Shown here piece by piece: positions 1 through 13,900 of a stretch of 64,000 bases of DNA. The translations under genes and the position numbers were made by a program. The DNA comes from the human T2T-CHM13v2.0 reference genome, Homo sapiens, in assembly GCA_009914755.4 (NCBI GenBank), contig CP068257.2, positions 8,800,001 through 8,864,000 of the forward strand, in the 5' to 3' direction. The notes under the pieces are model-generated. The model worked only from the letters and a program-made list of their open reading frames with translations, was not told the DNA's origin and ran no database searches. Numbering within the stretch: position 1 is the stretch's first letter; each line of letters opens with the position of its first letter.

Positions 1-743
1 CAGAAGCTTTCTGAGAAACTTTTTTTGTGATGTGTGCACTCATCTCACAGAGTTGAACCATTCTTTTGATTGAGCAGTTTGGTAACAATCTTTTTGTAAA
101 ATCTGCAAAAGGATATTTCTGAGCACTTTGAAGCCTATGGTGAAAAAGGAAATATCTTCACATAAAAACTAGAAAGAAGGTTTCTGAGAAACTGCTTTGT
201 GATGTGTGAATTCATCTCACAGAGTTAAACCTTTCTATTGATAGAGCATATTGGAAACAGTCTTTTTGTAGAATCTGCAAAGGGATATTTGTGAATGCTT
301 TGAGGCCTGTGGTGAAAAATTAATATCTTCACTTGGGACAGAAGCTTTCTGAGACACTTCTGTGTGATGTGTGCACTCATCTCACACTGTTGAAACATTC
401 TTTTGATTGAGCAGTCTGGAAACAGTCTTTTTGTAGGATCAGCAAAGGAATATTTGTGAGCACTTTGAGGCCTATGGGGAAAAAGGAAATAACTTCACAT
501 AAAAACTAGACAGAAGGTTTCTGAGAAACTGCTTTGTAATGTGTGCATTCATCTCACAGAGGTAAAGGTTTCTTTTCATTGAGCAGATGGGAAACTCCTT
601 GTAGAGTCTGCAAAGGGATATTTGTGAGTGCTTTGAGGCCTATGGTGAAAAAGGAAATATTTTCATATAAAATGTAGACAGAAGCTTTCTGAGAGATTTA
701 TTTGTGATGTGTGCATTCATCTCATAGAGTTGAACCATTCTTC
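1..743 (+). repeat. Alpha-satellite monomers (~171 bp), consensus orientation. Family X: ...CAGTCTTTTTGTAGAATCTGCAAAGGGATATTTGTGAGC...TGGTGAAAAAGGAAATATCTTCAC.
   Basis: Matches the canonical alpha-satellite monomer (CATTCTGAGAAACTTCTTTGTGATGTGTGCATTCATCTCACAGAGTTGAACC...). The ~171-bp period is visible by eye. Confidence 0.96.
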
Positions 744-1914
744 TTTTTTTTTTTGGAGCTCTGGGTTTATTTATTTATTTATTTACTTTTATTATTATTA
801 TAATTTAAGTTTTAGGGTACATATGTACAATGTGCAGGTTTGTTACATAGGTATACATATGTCATGTTTGTGTGCTGCACCCATGAACTCATCATTTAGC
901 ATTAGGTATATCTCCTAATGCTATCCCTCCCCCTCCCCCCACCCGAATACAGTCCCTGATGTGTGGTGTGTGGTGTTTTGCTTCCTGTGTCCATGTGTTC
1001 TCATTGATCAATTCCCAACTATGAGTGAGAACATGTGGTGTTTGATTTTTTGTCCTTCCAATAGTTCACTGAGAATGATGGTTTCCAGCTTCATCCATGT
1101 CCCTACAAAGGACATGAACTCATTATTTTTATGGCTGCATAGTATTCCATGGTGTATATGTGCCACATTTTCTTCATACAGTCTATCGTTGTTGGACATT
1201 TAGGTCAGTTCCAAGTCTTTGCTGTTGTGAATAGTGCTGCTATAAACATACGTGTGCATGTGTCTTTAAAGCAGCATGATTTATAATCCTTTGGGTATAT
1301 ACCCAGTAATGGGATGGCTGGGTCAAGTGATATTTCTAGTTCTAGATCCCTGAGGAATCACCACACTGACGTCCACAATTGTTGAACTAGTTTACAGTCC
1401 CACCAACAGTGCAAAATGTTCCTATTTCTCACATCCTCTCCAGCACCTGTTGTTTCCTAACTTTTTAATTATCACCATACTAACTGGTGTGAGATGATAT
1501 CTCATTGTGGTTTTGGTTTGCATTTCTCTGATAGCCAATGATGATGAGCATTTTTTCATTTGTTCATTAGCTGCATAAATGTCTTCTTTTGATAAGTGTT
1601 TGTTCATATCCTTCAACAACTTTTTGATGGGGTTGTTTGACTTTTTTCCTGTAAATTTGTCTGAGTTCATTGTAGATTCTGGATATTAACCCTTTGTCAG
1701 ATGAGTAGGTTGCAAAAACTTTCTCCCATTCTGTAGGATGCCTGTTCACTCTGATGGTGGTTTCTTTTGCTGTGCAGAAGCTCCTTAGTTTAATTAGATC
1801 CCATTTGTCAATTGTGGCTTTGTTGCCATTGCTTTAGGTGTTTTAGACATGAAGTCCTTGCCCATGCCTATGTCCTGAATGGTATTGCCTAGGTTTTCTT
1901 CTAGGGATTTTATG
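744..1914 (-). mobile_element. LINE-1 3' fragment (~1.17 kb, 5'-truncated, older L1PA/L1PB-like). It carries the end of ORF2 and the 3'UTR. The tail is (TAAA)n plus a short unique stretch plus poly(A), seen as poly(T) at 744-756.
   Basis: The minus-strand ORFs at 1422-1670 and 1567-1749 translate to the ORF2 C-terminus ([21 protein letters not shown]...[25 protein letters not shown]). The 3'UTR reverse complement (TTTAAGTTTTAGGGTACAT..TGTGCAGGTT...CATTAGGTATATCTCCTAATGC) is present. The element is flanked by alpha monomers, with a probable short TSD around CATTCTT. Confidence 0.9.
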
Positions 1915-4900
1915 TGAAGCATTCTTTTGATTAATCAGTTTGGATACTCTGTTCTTGTAGAATATGCAAGGAGATATTTGTGAGCGCTTTGAGGCCTTTG
2001 GTGAAAAAGGAAATACCTTCACATAATAAATAGACAGAAGTTCTCTGAGAAACCTCCTTGTCATGTGTGCATTCATCTCACAGAGTTGAAACAGTCTTTT
2101 TGCTGAGCTGTTTGAAAACTGTCTATTTGTAGATTCTGCAAAGGGATATTTATGAGCGCTTTGAGGCCTATGGTGAGAAAGGAAATATCTTCACATAAAA
2201 ACTAGACAGAAGATTTCTGAGAAACCTCTTTGTGATGTGTGCATTTATCTCACAGAGTTGAACCATTCTTTTGATTGAGCAGTTTGTAAACAGACTTTTT
2301 GTAGAATCCGCAAAGGGATATTTGTCAGCTCTATGAGGCCTATGGTGAAAAATGAAATATCTTCAATAAAAACTATAAAGAATTTTTCTGAGAAGCTGTT
2401 CTGTAAGATGTGCACTCATCTCAGAGAGATAAAAGTTTCTATTCTTTGATGAGCCTGGAAACTCTGTTCTTATAAAATCTGCAAAGGGATATTTGTGAGT
2501 GGCTTTAGGCCTACGGTGAAAAAGGAAATATCTTCACATAAAAACTAGACAGAAGACTTCAGAGAAACTTCTTTGTGATGTGTGCATTCATCTCACAGAG
2601 TTGAACCATTCTTTTGATTGAGAAGTTTGGAAACAGTCTTTTCAGAGAATCTGCAAAGGGATATTTTGAGTGCTTTGATAGGTATGGTGAAAAGGGAAAT
2701 ACCTTCAAATAAAAAGAGGACAGAAGCTTTCTGAGAAACTTCTTTGTGATGTGTGCATTCATCTCAAAGAGTTGAAACTTCCTTTTGATTAAGCAGTTTG
2801 GAAAGAGTCCTTTTCTAGAATCTGCAGAGGGATATTTGTGAGCCCTTTATGGCCTAAGGTGAAATAGGAAATATCTTCACATAAAAACTAGACAGAAGCA
2901 TTCTGAGAAACTTCTTTGTGAAGTGTGCTTTCCTATCACAGAGTTATACCTCTCTTTTGATTGAGGAGTTTGGAAACAGTCTTTTTGTAGAATATGCAAA
3001 TGGATATTTGGAGCACTTTGGGGCCTATGGTGAAAAAGGAAATATCTTCACATAAAAACTAGACAGAAACATTCTGAGAAACTTCTTTGCGATGTTTGCA
3101 TTCATATCACAGAGTTGAACCTTTCTTCTGATTGAGGAGTTTCAAAAGAGTCCTTTTGTAGAATCTGCAAAGGGATATTTGTGAGCCCATTGAGGCCTAT
3201 GGTGAATTAGGAAATAGCTTCACATAAAAACTAGTCAGAAGTTTTCTGAGAAACTTCTTTGTGATGTGTACTTTCATCTCACAGAGTTGAACCTTTCTTT
3301 TGATTGAGCAGTTTGGAAACACACTTTTTGTAGAATCTGCAAATGGATATTTAGAGCACTTTGAGGACTATGGTGAAAAAGGAAGTATCTTCACATAAAA
3401 ACTAGAAAGCAACATTCTATGAAACTTCTTTGTGATGCGTGCTTTCATCTCACAGAGTTGAACCTTTCTATTCATTGAGCAGTTTGGAAACCATCTTTTT
3501 GTAGAATCTGCAAATGGATATTTGGAGAGTTTTGAGGCCTTGGTGAGAATGGAAATATCTTCACATAAAAACTAGATAGAAGCATTCTGAGAAACTTCTT
3601 GGTGACGTGTGCATTCATCACACAGTGTTGAACCTTTCTTTTGATTGAGCACTTTGGAAACAGTCTTTTTGTAGTATCTGTAGAGGGATATTTGCGAGCG
3701 GTTTGAGGCCTATGGTGAAAAAGGAAATATCTTCACATAAAAACTAGAGAGAAGCTTTCTGAGAAACTTCTTTGTGATGTGTGAATTCATCTCACAGTGT
3801 TGAACCCTTCTTTGGATTGAGCAGTTTGGAAACAATCCTTTTGTAGAATCTGCAAAGGTATATTTCTGAGCCCATTGAGGCCTATGGTGAAATATGAAAT
3901 ATCTTCCCATAAAAACTAGACAGAAAGTTTCTAAGAAACTTCTTTGTGATGTGTGCTTCCATCTCACAGAGTTGAACCTTTCTTTTGATTGGGAAGTTTG
4001 GAAACAGTCTTTTTGTAGAATCTGCAAATGGATGTTTGGAGCACTTTGAGGCCTATGGTAAAAAAGGAAATATCACATAAATATTAGAAGGAAGCATTCT
4101 GAGAAACTTCTTTGTGATGTTTGCATCCATCTCACACAGTTGAACATTTGTTTGATTGAAGATTTGGACACAGTCTTTTTGTAAAATCTACAAAGGGATA
4201 ATTGTGAACCCTTTGAGACCTATGGTGAAGTAGGAAATATCTTCATATAAAAACTACACAGAAACATTCTGAGAAACTTTTTTTGTGATGGGTGCATTCA
4301 TCTCACAGAGTTGAAGCTTTCTTTTGCTAGAGCAGTTTGGAAACAGTCTTATTGTAGAATCCCCAAAGGGATATTTCTGAGCCCATTGAGGCCTTTGGTG
4401 ATATAGGAAATACCTTCACATGAAAGCTAGACAGAAGATTTCTGAGAAACTTCTTTTCAATGAGTGCTTTCATCTCAAAGAGTTGAGCATTTCTTTTGAC
4501 TGAGGAGTTTGGAAACACTCTTTTTGCAGAATCTGCAAATGGATAATTGGAGTGTTTTGAGGCCTATGGTGAAAAAGGAAATATCTTCACATAACAACTA
4601 AACAGAAGTTTTCTGAGAAACTACTTTGTTACGCATGCATTCATCTCACAGAGTTGAAACTTTCTTTTGATTGAGCCGTTTGTAAACAGTCTTTTTGTAT
4701 AATCTGCAAATGGATATTTAGAGCGCTTTGAGGCCTATAGTGAAAAAGGAAATATCTTCACAAAAAAAGTAGAAAGAAACACTCTGAGAAACTTCTTGGT
4801 GATATGTGCTTTCATCTCACAGAGTCGAACCTTTCTTTTCATTGAGCAGTTTGGAAACAGACTTTTTATAGAATCTGGAAATGCATATTTGGAGCGCTTT

Positions 4901-7900
4901 GAGGCCTATGGTGAAAAAGGAAATATCTTCAGATAAACACTAAACAGAAGATTTCTGAGAAACTTCTTTGTGATGCGTGCATTCATATCACAGAGCTGAA
5001 ACTTTCTTTTGATTTAGCAGTTTGTAAACAGTCTTTTGGTAAAATCTGCAAATGGATACTTTGAGTGCTTTGAGGCCTATGGTGAAAAAGGAAATATCTT
5101 CACAAAAAAACTAGAAAGATACATTCTGAGAAATTTCTTTGTGATGTGTGCTTTCAACTCACAGAGTTGAAACTTTCTTTTCACTGAGCAATTTGGAAAC
5201 AGTCTTTTTGTGGAATCTGCAAAAAATATTTTTAAGCCCTTTAAGGCCCATGGTGAAACAGAAAATATCCTCACAAAAAAACTAGACAGAAGCTTTCTGA
5301 GAAACTTCTTTGTGATGTGTGCTTTCAACTCACGGAGTTATACCTTTCTTTTGATTGAGCAGTTTGGAAACAGTCTTTTTGTGGAATCAGCAAATGGATG
5401 TTGGAGTGCTTTGAGGCCTATGGTGAAAAAGGAAATACCTTCACATAAAAAATAGATGGAAGCATTGTGAGAAACATCTCTGTGATGTGTGCATTCATCT
5501 CATAGAGTTGAACCTTTCTTTGATTGAGCAGCTTGGAAACAGTCTTTTTGTGGAATCAGCAAATGGATGTTTGGAGTGCTTTGAAGCCCATGGTGAAAAA
5601 GGAAATACCTTCACATAAAAAATAGACAGAAGCATTGTGAGAAACATCTCTGCAGTGTGTGCATTCATCTCATAGTGTTGAACCTTTGTTTGATTAAGCA
5701 GCTTGGAAACAGTCCTTTTGTAGACTCTGCAAAGGGATATTTCTGAGCCCATTGAAGCCTAGGGTGGAAAAGAAATGTCTTCACATAAAAACTAGACAGA
5801 AGCATTCTGATAAACTTTTTTGTGATGTGTCCATTCATCTTACAGAGTTAAAACTTTCTTTGGATTGAGCAGTTTGGAAACAGTCTTTTTGTGGAATCTG
5901 CAAAAAATATTTTTGAGCCCTATATGACTGAAGGTGAAATAGGAAATATCTTCACAAAAAAACTAGACAGAAGCATTCTGAGAAACTTCTTTGTGACGTG
6001 TGCTTCCGTGTCACAGAGTTGAACCTTCCTTTTGATTGAGCAGTTTGGAAACACTCTTTTTGTAGAATCTGCAAATGGGTATTTGGAGTGCTTTGAGGCC
6101 TATGGTCAAAAAAGAAATACCTTCACATAAAAACTAGACAGATGCATTCTGTGAAACTTCTTTGTGATGTGTGCATTCATCTCACAGAGTTGAATCTTTC
6201 TTTGGATTCAGCAGTTTTCTAAACAGTCCTTTTGTAGAATCTGCAAAGGGATATTTCTGAGCCCATTGAAGGCTATGGTGAAAAAGGAAATATCTTCAAA
6301 TAAAAACAAAACAGAAGCTTTCTGAGAAGCTTCCTGTGATGTGTGCATTCATCTCATAGAGTTTAATCTTTCTTTTGATTGAGCAGTTTAGAAACAGTCT
6401 TTTTGTAAAATGAGCAAAAGGATATTTCTGAGCCATTTGAGGCCGATGGTGAAAAAGAAATATCTTCACATCAAAACTAGACAGAAGCATTCTGAGAAAC
6501 TTGTTTCTGATGTGTGCATTCATCTCACAGGGTTGAACCTTTCTTTTTTTTGAGCAGTTTGGAGTCTTTTTTTTTTTGAATATGCAAATGGATATTTGTG
6601 AGCGCTTTACAGCCTATGGTGAAATAGGAAATATCTTCACATAAAAATAAGACAGAATCTTTCTGAGAAAATGCTTTGAGATGTGTGCTTTCATCTCACA
6701 GAGATGAACTTTTCTTTTGATCAAGCAGCTTGGAAACATTCTTTTTGTAGAATCCGCAAATGGATATTTGCAGCACTTTTAGGCCTATGGTGAAAAAGGA
6801 AATATCTTCACAAAAAAGCTAAAAAGAAGCTTTCTGAGAAACTTCTTTGTGATGTGTGGATTTATATCACAGAGCTGATCCTTTCTTTTGATTGAGCAGA
6901 TTGGAAACCATCTTTTTGTACAACCTGCAACGGGATATTTCTGAGCCGTTTGATGCCTATGGGGAAAAAGAATTATCTTCACATGAAAACTAGACAGAAT
7001 CATTCTGAGAAATTTCCTTGTGATGTGTGCCTTCATGTCGCAGAGTTGAACCTTTCTTTTCTTGGAGCAGTTTGGAAACAGTCTTTTTGTAGTATCTGCA
7101 GAGGGATATTTGTGAACAGTTAAAGGCCTATGGTGAAAAATAAAATATCTTCACATAAAAACTATACAGAAGCATTCCGAGAAACTTAGTTTTTTTGTGT
7201 GCATTCATCTGACAGAGATGAATCTTTCTTTTCTTTGAGCAGTCTATAAACAGTCTTTTTATACAATGTGCAAAGGGATATTTCTGAGCGGTTTGAGGCC
7301 TATGGTGAAAAAGTAATATCTTCACATAAAAACTAGACAGAAGCATTCTGAGAAACTTCTATTTTATGTGTGCATTCACCTCACAGAGTTGAAACTTTCT
7401 TTTCATTGAGCAGTTTGGAAAGAGTCTTTTTGTAGAATTTTCAAAGGGATATTTGTGATTCCTTTGAGGCCTGTGGTGAAATAGGAAATATCCTCAAATA
7501 AAAAGACAGAAGCTTTCCAAGAAACTTCTTTTTGATGTGTGCTTTCATCTCACAGAGTTGAGCCTTTCTTTTGATTGAGAAGTTTGGAAACAGTCTTTTT
7601 GTGGAATCTGCAAATGGATGTTTGGAGTGCTTTGAGGCCTATGGTGAAAAAGTAAATATCTTCACATAAAAACTAGATGGAAGCATTCTGAGAAACTTCT
7701 TTGTGATGTGTGCATTCATCTCATGTTGTTGAGCCTATCTTTTGATATAGCAGATTGGAAACAGTACTTTTGTTGTATCTGCAGAGGGATATTTGTGAGC
7801 AGTTTGAGGCCTATGGTGAAAAAGTAAATACCTTCACATAAAAACTAGACAGAAGCATTCTGGGAAACTTCTCTGTGATGTGCGCATTCAACTCACAGAG

Positions 7901-10900
7901 GTGAACCTTTCTTTAGATTGAGAAGCTTGGAAACAGTCCTTTTTTAGAATCTGCAAAGGGATATTTCTGAGCCCATTGAGGCCAAGGGTGAAAAAGAAAT
8001 ATCTTCACATAAAAACTGGACAGATGCATTCTGATAAACTTCTTTGTGATGTGTCCATTCATCTCACAGATTTGAACCTTTCTTTGGATTGAGCAGTTTG
8101 GAAAAAGTCTTTTTGTAGTATTTGCAAAAAATATTTGTGAGCCCTTTATGGCCTATGGTGAAAAAGGAAATATCTTCACATAAAAACTACACAGAAGCTT
8201 TCTGAGAAACTACTTTGTGATGTGTGCTTTCATCTCACAGAGATGAACCTATCTTTTGAAAGAGCAGTTTGGAAACACTCTTTTTGTAGAGGCTGTAAAT
8301 GGGCATTTGGAAAATTTTGAGGCCTATGGTGAAAAAGGAAATATCCTCAAATGAAAACCAGACAGAAGCATTCTGAGAAACTTCTTTGTGATGTGTGTAT
8401 TCATCTCACAGAGATGAACATTTCTTTGGATGCAGCAGTTTGGAAACAGTCTTTTTGTAGTATCTGCAGAGGAATATTCATGAGCAGTTTAAGGCCTATG
8501 GTTAAAAAGAATATATCTTCACATAAAAAGCTGACAGATCCATTGTGAGAAACTTGTTTATGATGTGTGCATTCATCTCACAGGGTTGAAACTTTCTTTA
8601 GATTGAGCAGTTTAATAAACAGGCCTTTCATAGAATCTGCAAAGGGATATTTCTGAGCCCATTGAGGCCTATGGTGAAAAAGGAAATATCTTCACATGAA
8701 AGCAAAACAGAAGCTTTCTGAGAAACTTCTTTGTGATATGTGCATGCATCTCACAGTGTTGAACTTTTCTTTTGATAGAGCAGTTTGGAAACAGTCTTTT
8801 TGTACAATCTGCAAAGGGATATTTCTGAGCCATTTGAGGCCTATTGTGATAGAGAAATATCTTCACATAAAACCTATACAAAAGCATTCTGAGAAACTTC
8901 TTTGTAATGTGTGCATTCATCACACAGAGTTGAACTTCTCTTTTGATTGAGCAGTTTGGAAGCAGTCTTTTTGTAGAATATGCAAAAGGATATTTGTGAG
9001 CCCTTTCAGGCCTATGGTGAAATAAGGAATATCTTCACAAAGAAAACTAAACAGAAGATTTCTGAGAAACTTCTTTGTGATGTGTGCTTTCATCTCACAA
9101 AGTTGAACTTTTCTTTTGATTGAGAAGTTTGGAAACAGTCTTTTTGTAGAATCTGAAGATGGATATTTGCAGCATTTTAGGCCTATAGTGAACAGGAAAT
9201 ATCTTCACATAAAAACTAGACAGAAGCATTCTGAGAAACTTCTTTGTGATGTCTGCATTCACATCACAGAGCTGAAACTTTCCTTGGATTGAGAAGTTTG
9301 GAAAGAGTACTTTTGTAGAATCTGTAAAGGGATATTTCTGAGCCAATTGGGGCCTATGGTGAAATAGGAAATGTCTTTACATAAAAACAAGGCAGAAGCT
9401 TTCTGAAAAACTACTTCATGCTGTGTGCATTCACCTCACAGAGTTGAACCTCTCTTTTGATTGAGCAGTTTGGAAACACTCTTTTTGTAGAACTTGCAAA
9501 TGGATATTTGGAGTGCTTTGAGGCCTATGGTGTAAAAGGAAATATCTGCATATAAAAACTAGACAGAAACTTTCTGAGAAACTTCTTTGTGATGCATGCT
9601 TTCATCTCACAGATTTGGACCTTGCTTTTCATTGAGCAATTTGGCAACAATTCATTTTGTAGAATCTGCAAAGGGATATTTGTGACTGGTTTGAGGCCTA
9701 TGGTGAAAAAGTAAATATCTTCACCTAAAACCCAGATAGAAGCATTTTCAGAAAACTCTTGGGATGTTTGCATTCATCTCACTGAGTTGAACCTTTCTGT
9801 TTATTGAGCAGTGTGGAAGCATACTTTTTGTGCAATCTGCAAAGGAATATTTGTTTACGGTTTGAGACCTATGGTGAAAAAGTAATATCTTCACATAAAA
9901 AGTTGACAGAAGCATTCTGAGAAACTAATTTTTTATGTGTGCATTGATCTCAAAGAGTTGAACCTTTCTTTTGATGAAGCAGTTTGGAAACAGTTTTTTG
10001 AAGAATCTGAAAAGGGATATTTGTGATCCCTTTGAGGCCTAAGGTGAAATAGGGAATATCTTCGCATAAAAACTAGACAGAAACTTTCTGAGAAACTTCT
10101 TTGTGATGTGGGCTTTCATCTCACAGATTTGAAACTTCATTTTGATTGAGCAGTTTGGAAAGACTCTTTTTGTAGTATCTGCAGAGGGCTATTAGTGAGC
10201 AGACTGAGGCCTATAGTGAAAAAGGAAATGGCTTCTCAAAAAAACTAGACAGAAGCATTCTGAGAGACTTCTTTGTAATGTGCGCATTCATCTTATAGAG
10301 TTAAACCATTCTTTTGATTGAGCTTTTTGGAAACACTCTTTTTGTGGCATCTGTAAGGGTAAACTTCTGAGCCCATTGAGACCTATTTTGAAATATGAAA
10401 TATCTTCAAATAAAAACTAGATAGAAAGTTTCTAAGAAACTCCTTTGTGATGTGTGCTTTCATCTCACAGAGTTAAAACTTTATTTTGATTCAGCAGTTT
10501 GGAAACACTTTTTTTATAGAATCTGCAAGTGGATATTTGGAGCTCTTTGAGGCCCATGGTGAAAAAGGAAATATCTTCACATATAAACTAAACAGAAGTT
10601 TTCTGAGAAACTTCTTTGTGATGTGTGCATTTATCTCACAGAGCTGTACTGTTCTTTTGATTGAGCAATTTGGAAACAGTTTTTTTGTAAAATCTGCAAA
10701 TGGATATTTGGAGCGCTTTGAGGTGTATGGTGAAAAATGAAACTTCTTCACATAAAACTAGACAAAAGCATTCTGAGAAACTTATTTGTGATGTGTGCTT
10801 TCGTCACACAAAGTTTAACCTTTCTTTTCATTGAGCAGTTTGCAAACAGTCTTTTTGTAGAATCTGCAAAGGGATATTTGTTAGTGGTTTGAGGCCTATG

Positions 10901-13900
10901 GAAAAAGGAAATACCTTCACATAAAAACCAGAGAGAAGCTTTTTGAGAAACCTCTTTGTGATATTTGCATTCATCACACTGAGTCAAATCTTCCTTTTCT
11001 TTGAGCAGTTTGGAAACAGTTTTTTGTACAATCTGTAAAGGGATATTTCTGAGCAGTTTTAGGCCTATGGTGAAAAAGAAATATCTTCACATAAAAATTA
11101 GACAGAAGCATTCTGGGAAACTTCTTTGTGATATACGCATCCAACCCACAGAGTTGAACCTTTCATTTCATTGAGTAGTTCAGAAACAGACGTTTCATAG
11201 AATCTGCAAAGGGATATTTCTGAGCCCTTTGAGGCCTATGGTGAAATAGGAAATATCTTCACATAAAAACTAGACAGAAGCTTTCTGAGAAACTTCTTTG
11301 TGATGCGTGCTTTCATCTCACAGGGTTGAACTTTTTTTTTATTCAGCAGTTTGGAAACAGTCCTTTTGTAGAATCTGCAAAGGGATACTTCTGAGCCCTT
11401 TGAGTACTATAGTGAAATAGGAAATATCTTCACATAATAACTAGACAGAAGCATTCTGAGAAACTTCTTTGTGATGTATGCTTTCATTTCACAGAGTTGA
11501 ACCTTTCCTTTGATTGAGCAGTTTGGAAACACTCTTTTTGTAGAATCTGTAAACAGATATTTGGAGTGCTTTGAGGCATAAGGTGAAAAAGGAAGTATCT
11601 GCACATAAAAACTAGACAGAAACTTTCTGAGAAACTTCTTTGTGATGCGTGCTTTCATCTCACAGATTTGAACCTTTCTTTCATTGAACAGTTTGTGAAC
11701 AAGTCATTTTGTAGAATCTGCAAAGGTATATTTGTGAGCGGTTTGAGGCCTATGGTGAAAAACTAAATATCTTCACATAAAAACCAGACAGAAACTTTTT
11801 GAGATATCTTTGTGATATTTGCATTCATCTCAAAGAGTTGAACCTCTCTCTTCATTGAGGAGTTTGGAGACATTCTTTTTGTGCAATCTGCAAAGGAATA
11901 TTTCTGAGTGGTTTGAGGCCTATGGTGAAAAAGAAATAACTTCACATAAAAACTTGACAGAAGCATTCTGAGAAACTTCTTTTTTATCTGTGCATTCACC
12001 TCACAGAGTTGAACCTTTCTTTTCATTGAGCAGTTTGGAAGCAGTCTTTTTGTAGAATCTGCAAAGGGATATTTGTGATCCCCTTGAGTTCTATGGTGAA
12101 ATAGGAAATATATTCACATAAATACTAGACAGAAGCTTTCTGAGAAACTTCTTTGTGATGTGTGCTTTCATCCTACAGAGTTGAACCTTTCTTTTGGTTG
12201 ATAACTTTGGAAACAGTATTTTTGAAGAATCTACAAACGGATATTTGGAGAGATTTGAGGCCTACACTTAAAAAGGAAATATATGCATATAAAAACAAGA
12301 CAGAAGCATTTTGAGAAACTTCTTTGTGATGTGCACTTTCATTTCACAGAGTTGAATCTTTCTTTTGAATGAGCAGCTTGGAAACAGTCTTTTTGTACAA
12401 TCTGCAAAGGTATATTTCTGAGCCATTTGAGGCTTATGGTGAAAACGAAATATCTGCACATAAAAACTTGACAGAAGCATTCTGAGAAACTTCTTTGTGA
12501 TATGTCCATTCATGTCACAGAGTTGAACCTTTCTTTTGATTGAGCAGTTTGGAAGCAGTCCTTTTGTAGAATCTGCAAGGGATACTTGTGAGCCCTTTAT
12601 GGCCTGTGGTGAAATATGAAATATCTTCACATAAAAACTAGACAGAAGATTTCTGAGAAAATTCTTTCTGATGTGTGCTTTCATCTCACAGTGTTGAACC
12701 TTTCTTTTGATTGAGCAGTTTGGAAAGTCTGTTTGTCGAATCTGCAAATGGATATTTGGAACTATTTGAGGCCCATGGTGAAAAAGAAAGTATCTTCACA
12801 TAAAAACTAGACAGAAGATTTCTGAGAAACTTCTTTGTGTTGTGTAAATTCATGTCACAGAATTCAACCTTTCTTTCGATTGAGCAGTTTGGAAACAGTA
12901 TTTTGTAGAAGCTGCAAAGGGAAATTTCTTAGCCGTTTGAGTCCTATAGTGAAAAAGAAATATCTTCACATAAAAACTAGACAGAAGCTTTCTAAGAAAC
13001 TTCTTTGTGATGTGTCCATTCATCTCACAGAGTTAAACCTTTCTTTTGATTGAGGAGTTTGGAAAATGTCTTTTCTTAGAATCTACAAAGGGATATTTGT
13101 GAGCCCTTTATGGCCTATGTTGAAATATGAAATATCTTCACATAAAAACTAGACAGAAGCTTTCTGAGAAACTCCTCTGTGTTGTGCACGTTTGTATCAC
13201 AGAGTTGAACCTTTCATTTGATTGAGCAGTTTGGAAACAGTCTTTTTGTAGAATCTGCAAATGTATATTTGGAGTGTTTTAAGGCCTATAGTGAAAAAGG
13301 AAATATCTTCACATAAAAACTACACAGTAGCTTTTTGAGAAAACTCTTTGTGACATTTCCATTCATATCTAAGAGTTGACCATTTCTTTTCAGTGAGCAG
13401 TTTGGAAACAGTTTTTTTGTAGAAACTGCAAGGGGATATTTCTGAGCAGTTTGAGGCCAATGGTGAAAAATAAATATCTTCACATGAAAACTAGACAAAA
13501 GCATTTTCAGAAACTTCTTTGTGATGTGTGCATTCATCTCACAGAGTTGAACGTTTCTTTTGATTGAGCAATTTGTAGAAAGTCTCTTGGTAGTATAAGT
13601 GGAGTTATATTTGTGAGCGGTTTAAGGCCTATGGTGCAAAAGGAAATACCTTCACATAAAAAGTAGACAGAAGCTTTCTGAGAAACTTCTTTGTGATGTG
13701 TGCTTTCGTCTCACAGAGTTGATCCTTTCTTTTGATTCACCAGTTTGGAAACATTCTTTTTTGTAGAATCTGCAAATGGATATTTGGAGTGATTTGAGGC
13801 CTATGGTGAAAAAGGAAATATCTTCACATAAAAACTAGACAGAAGAATTCTGAGAAACTTCTTTGTGATGAGTCCATTCATCTCACAGAGTTGAAACATT

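Noticed and set aside
12268-12747. A long 159-aa ORF on the minus strand. There are dozens of similar 60-140 aa ORFs throughout the satellite, giving peptides like [26 protein letters not shown].
   Set aside because: The ORFs recur with 171-bp periodicity on both strands and in all blocks. Their sequences are simply translations of the alpha monomer. There is no gene-like start context or conservation pattern, so they are spurious products of a repeat that happens to be sparse in stop codons.
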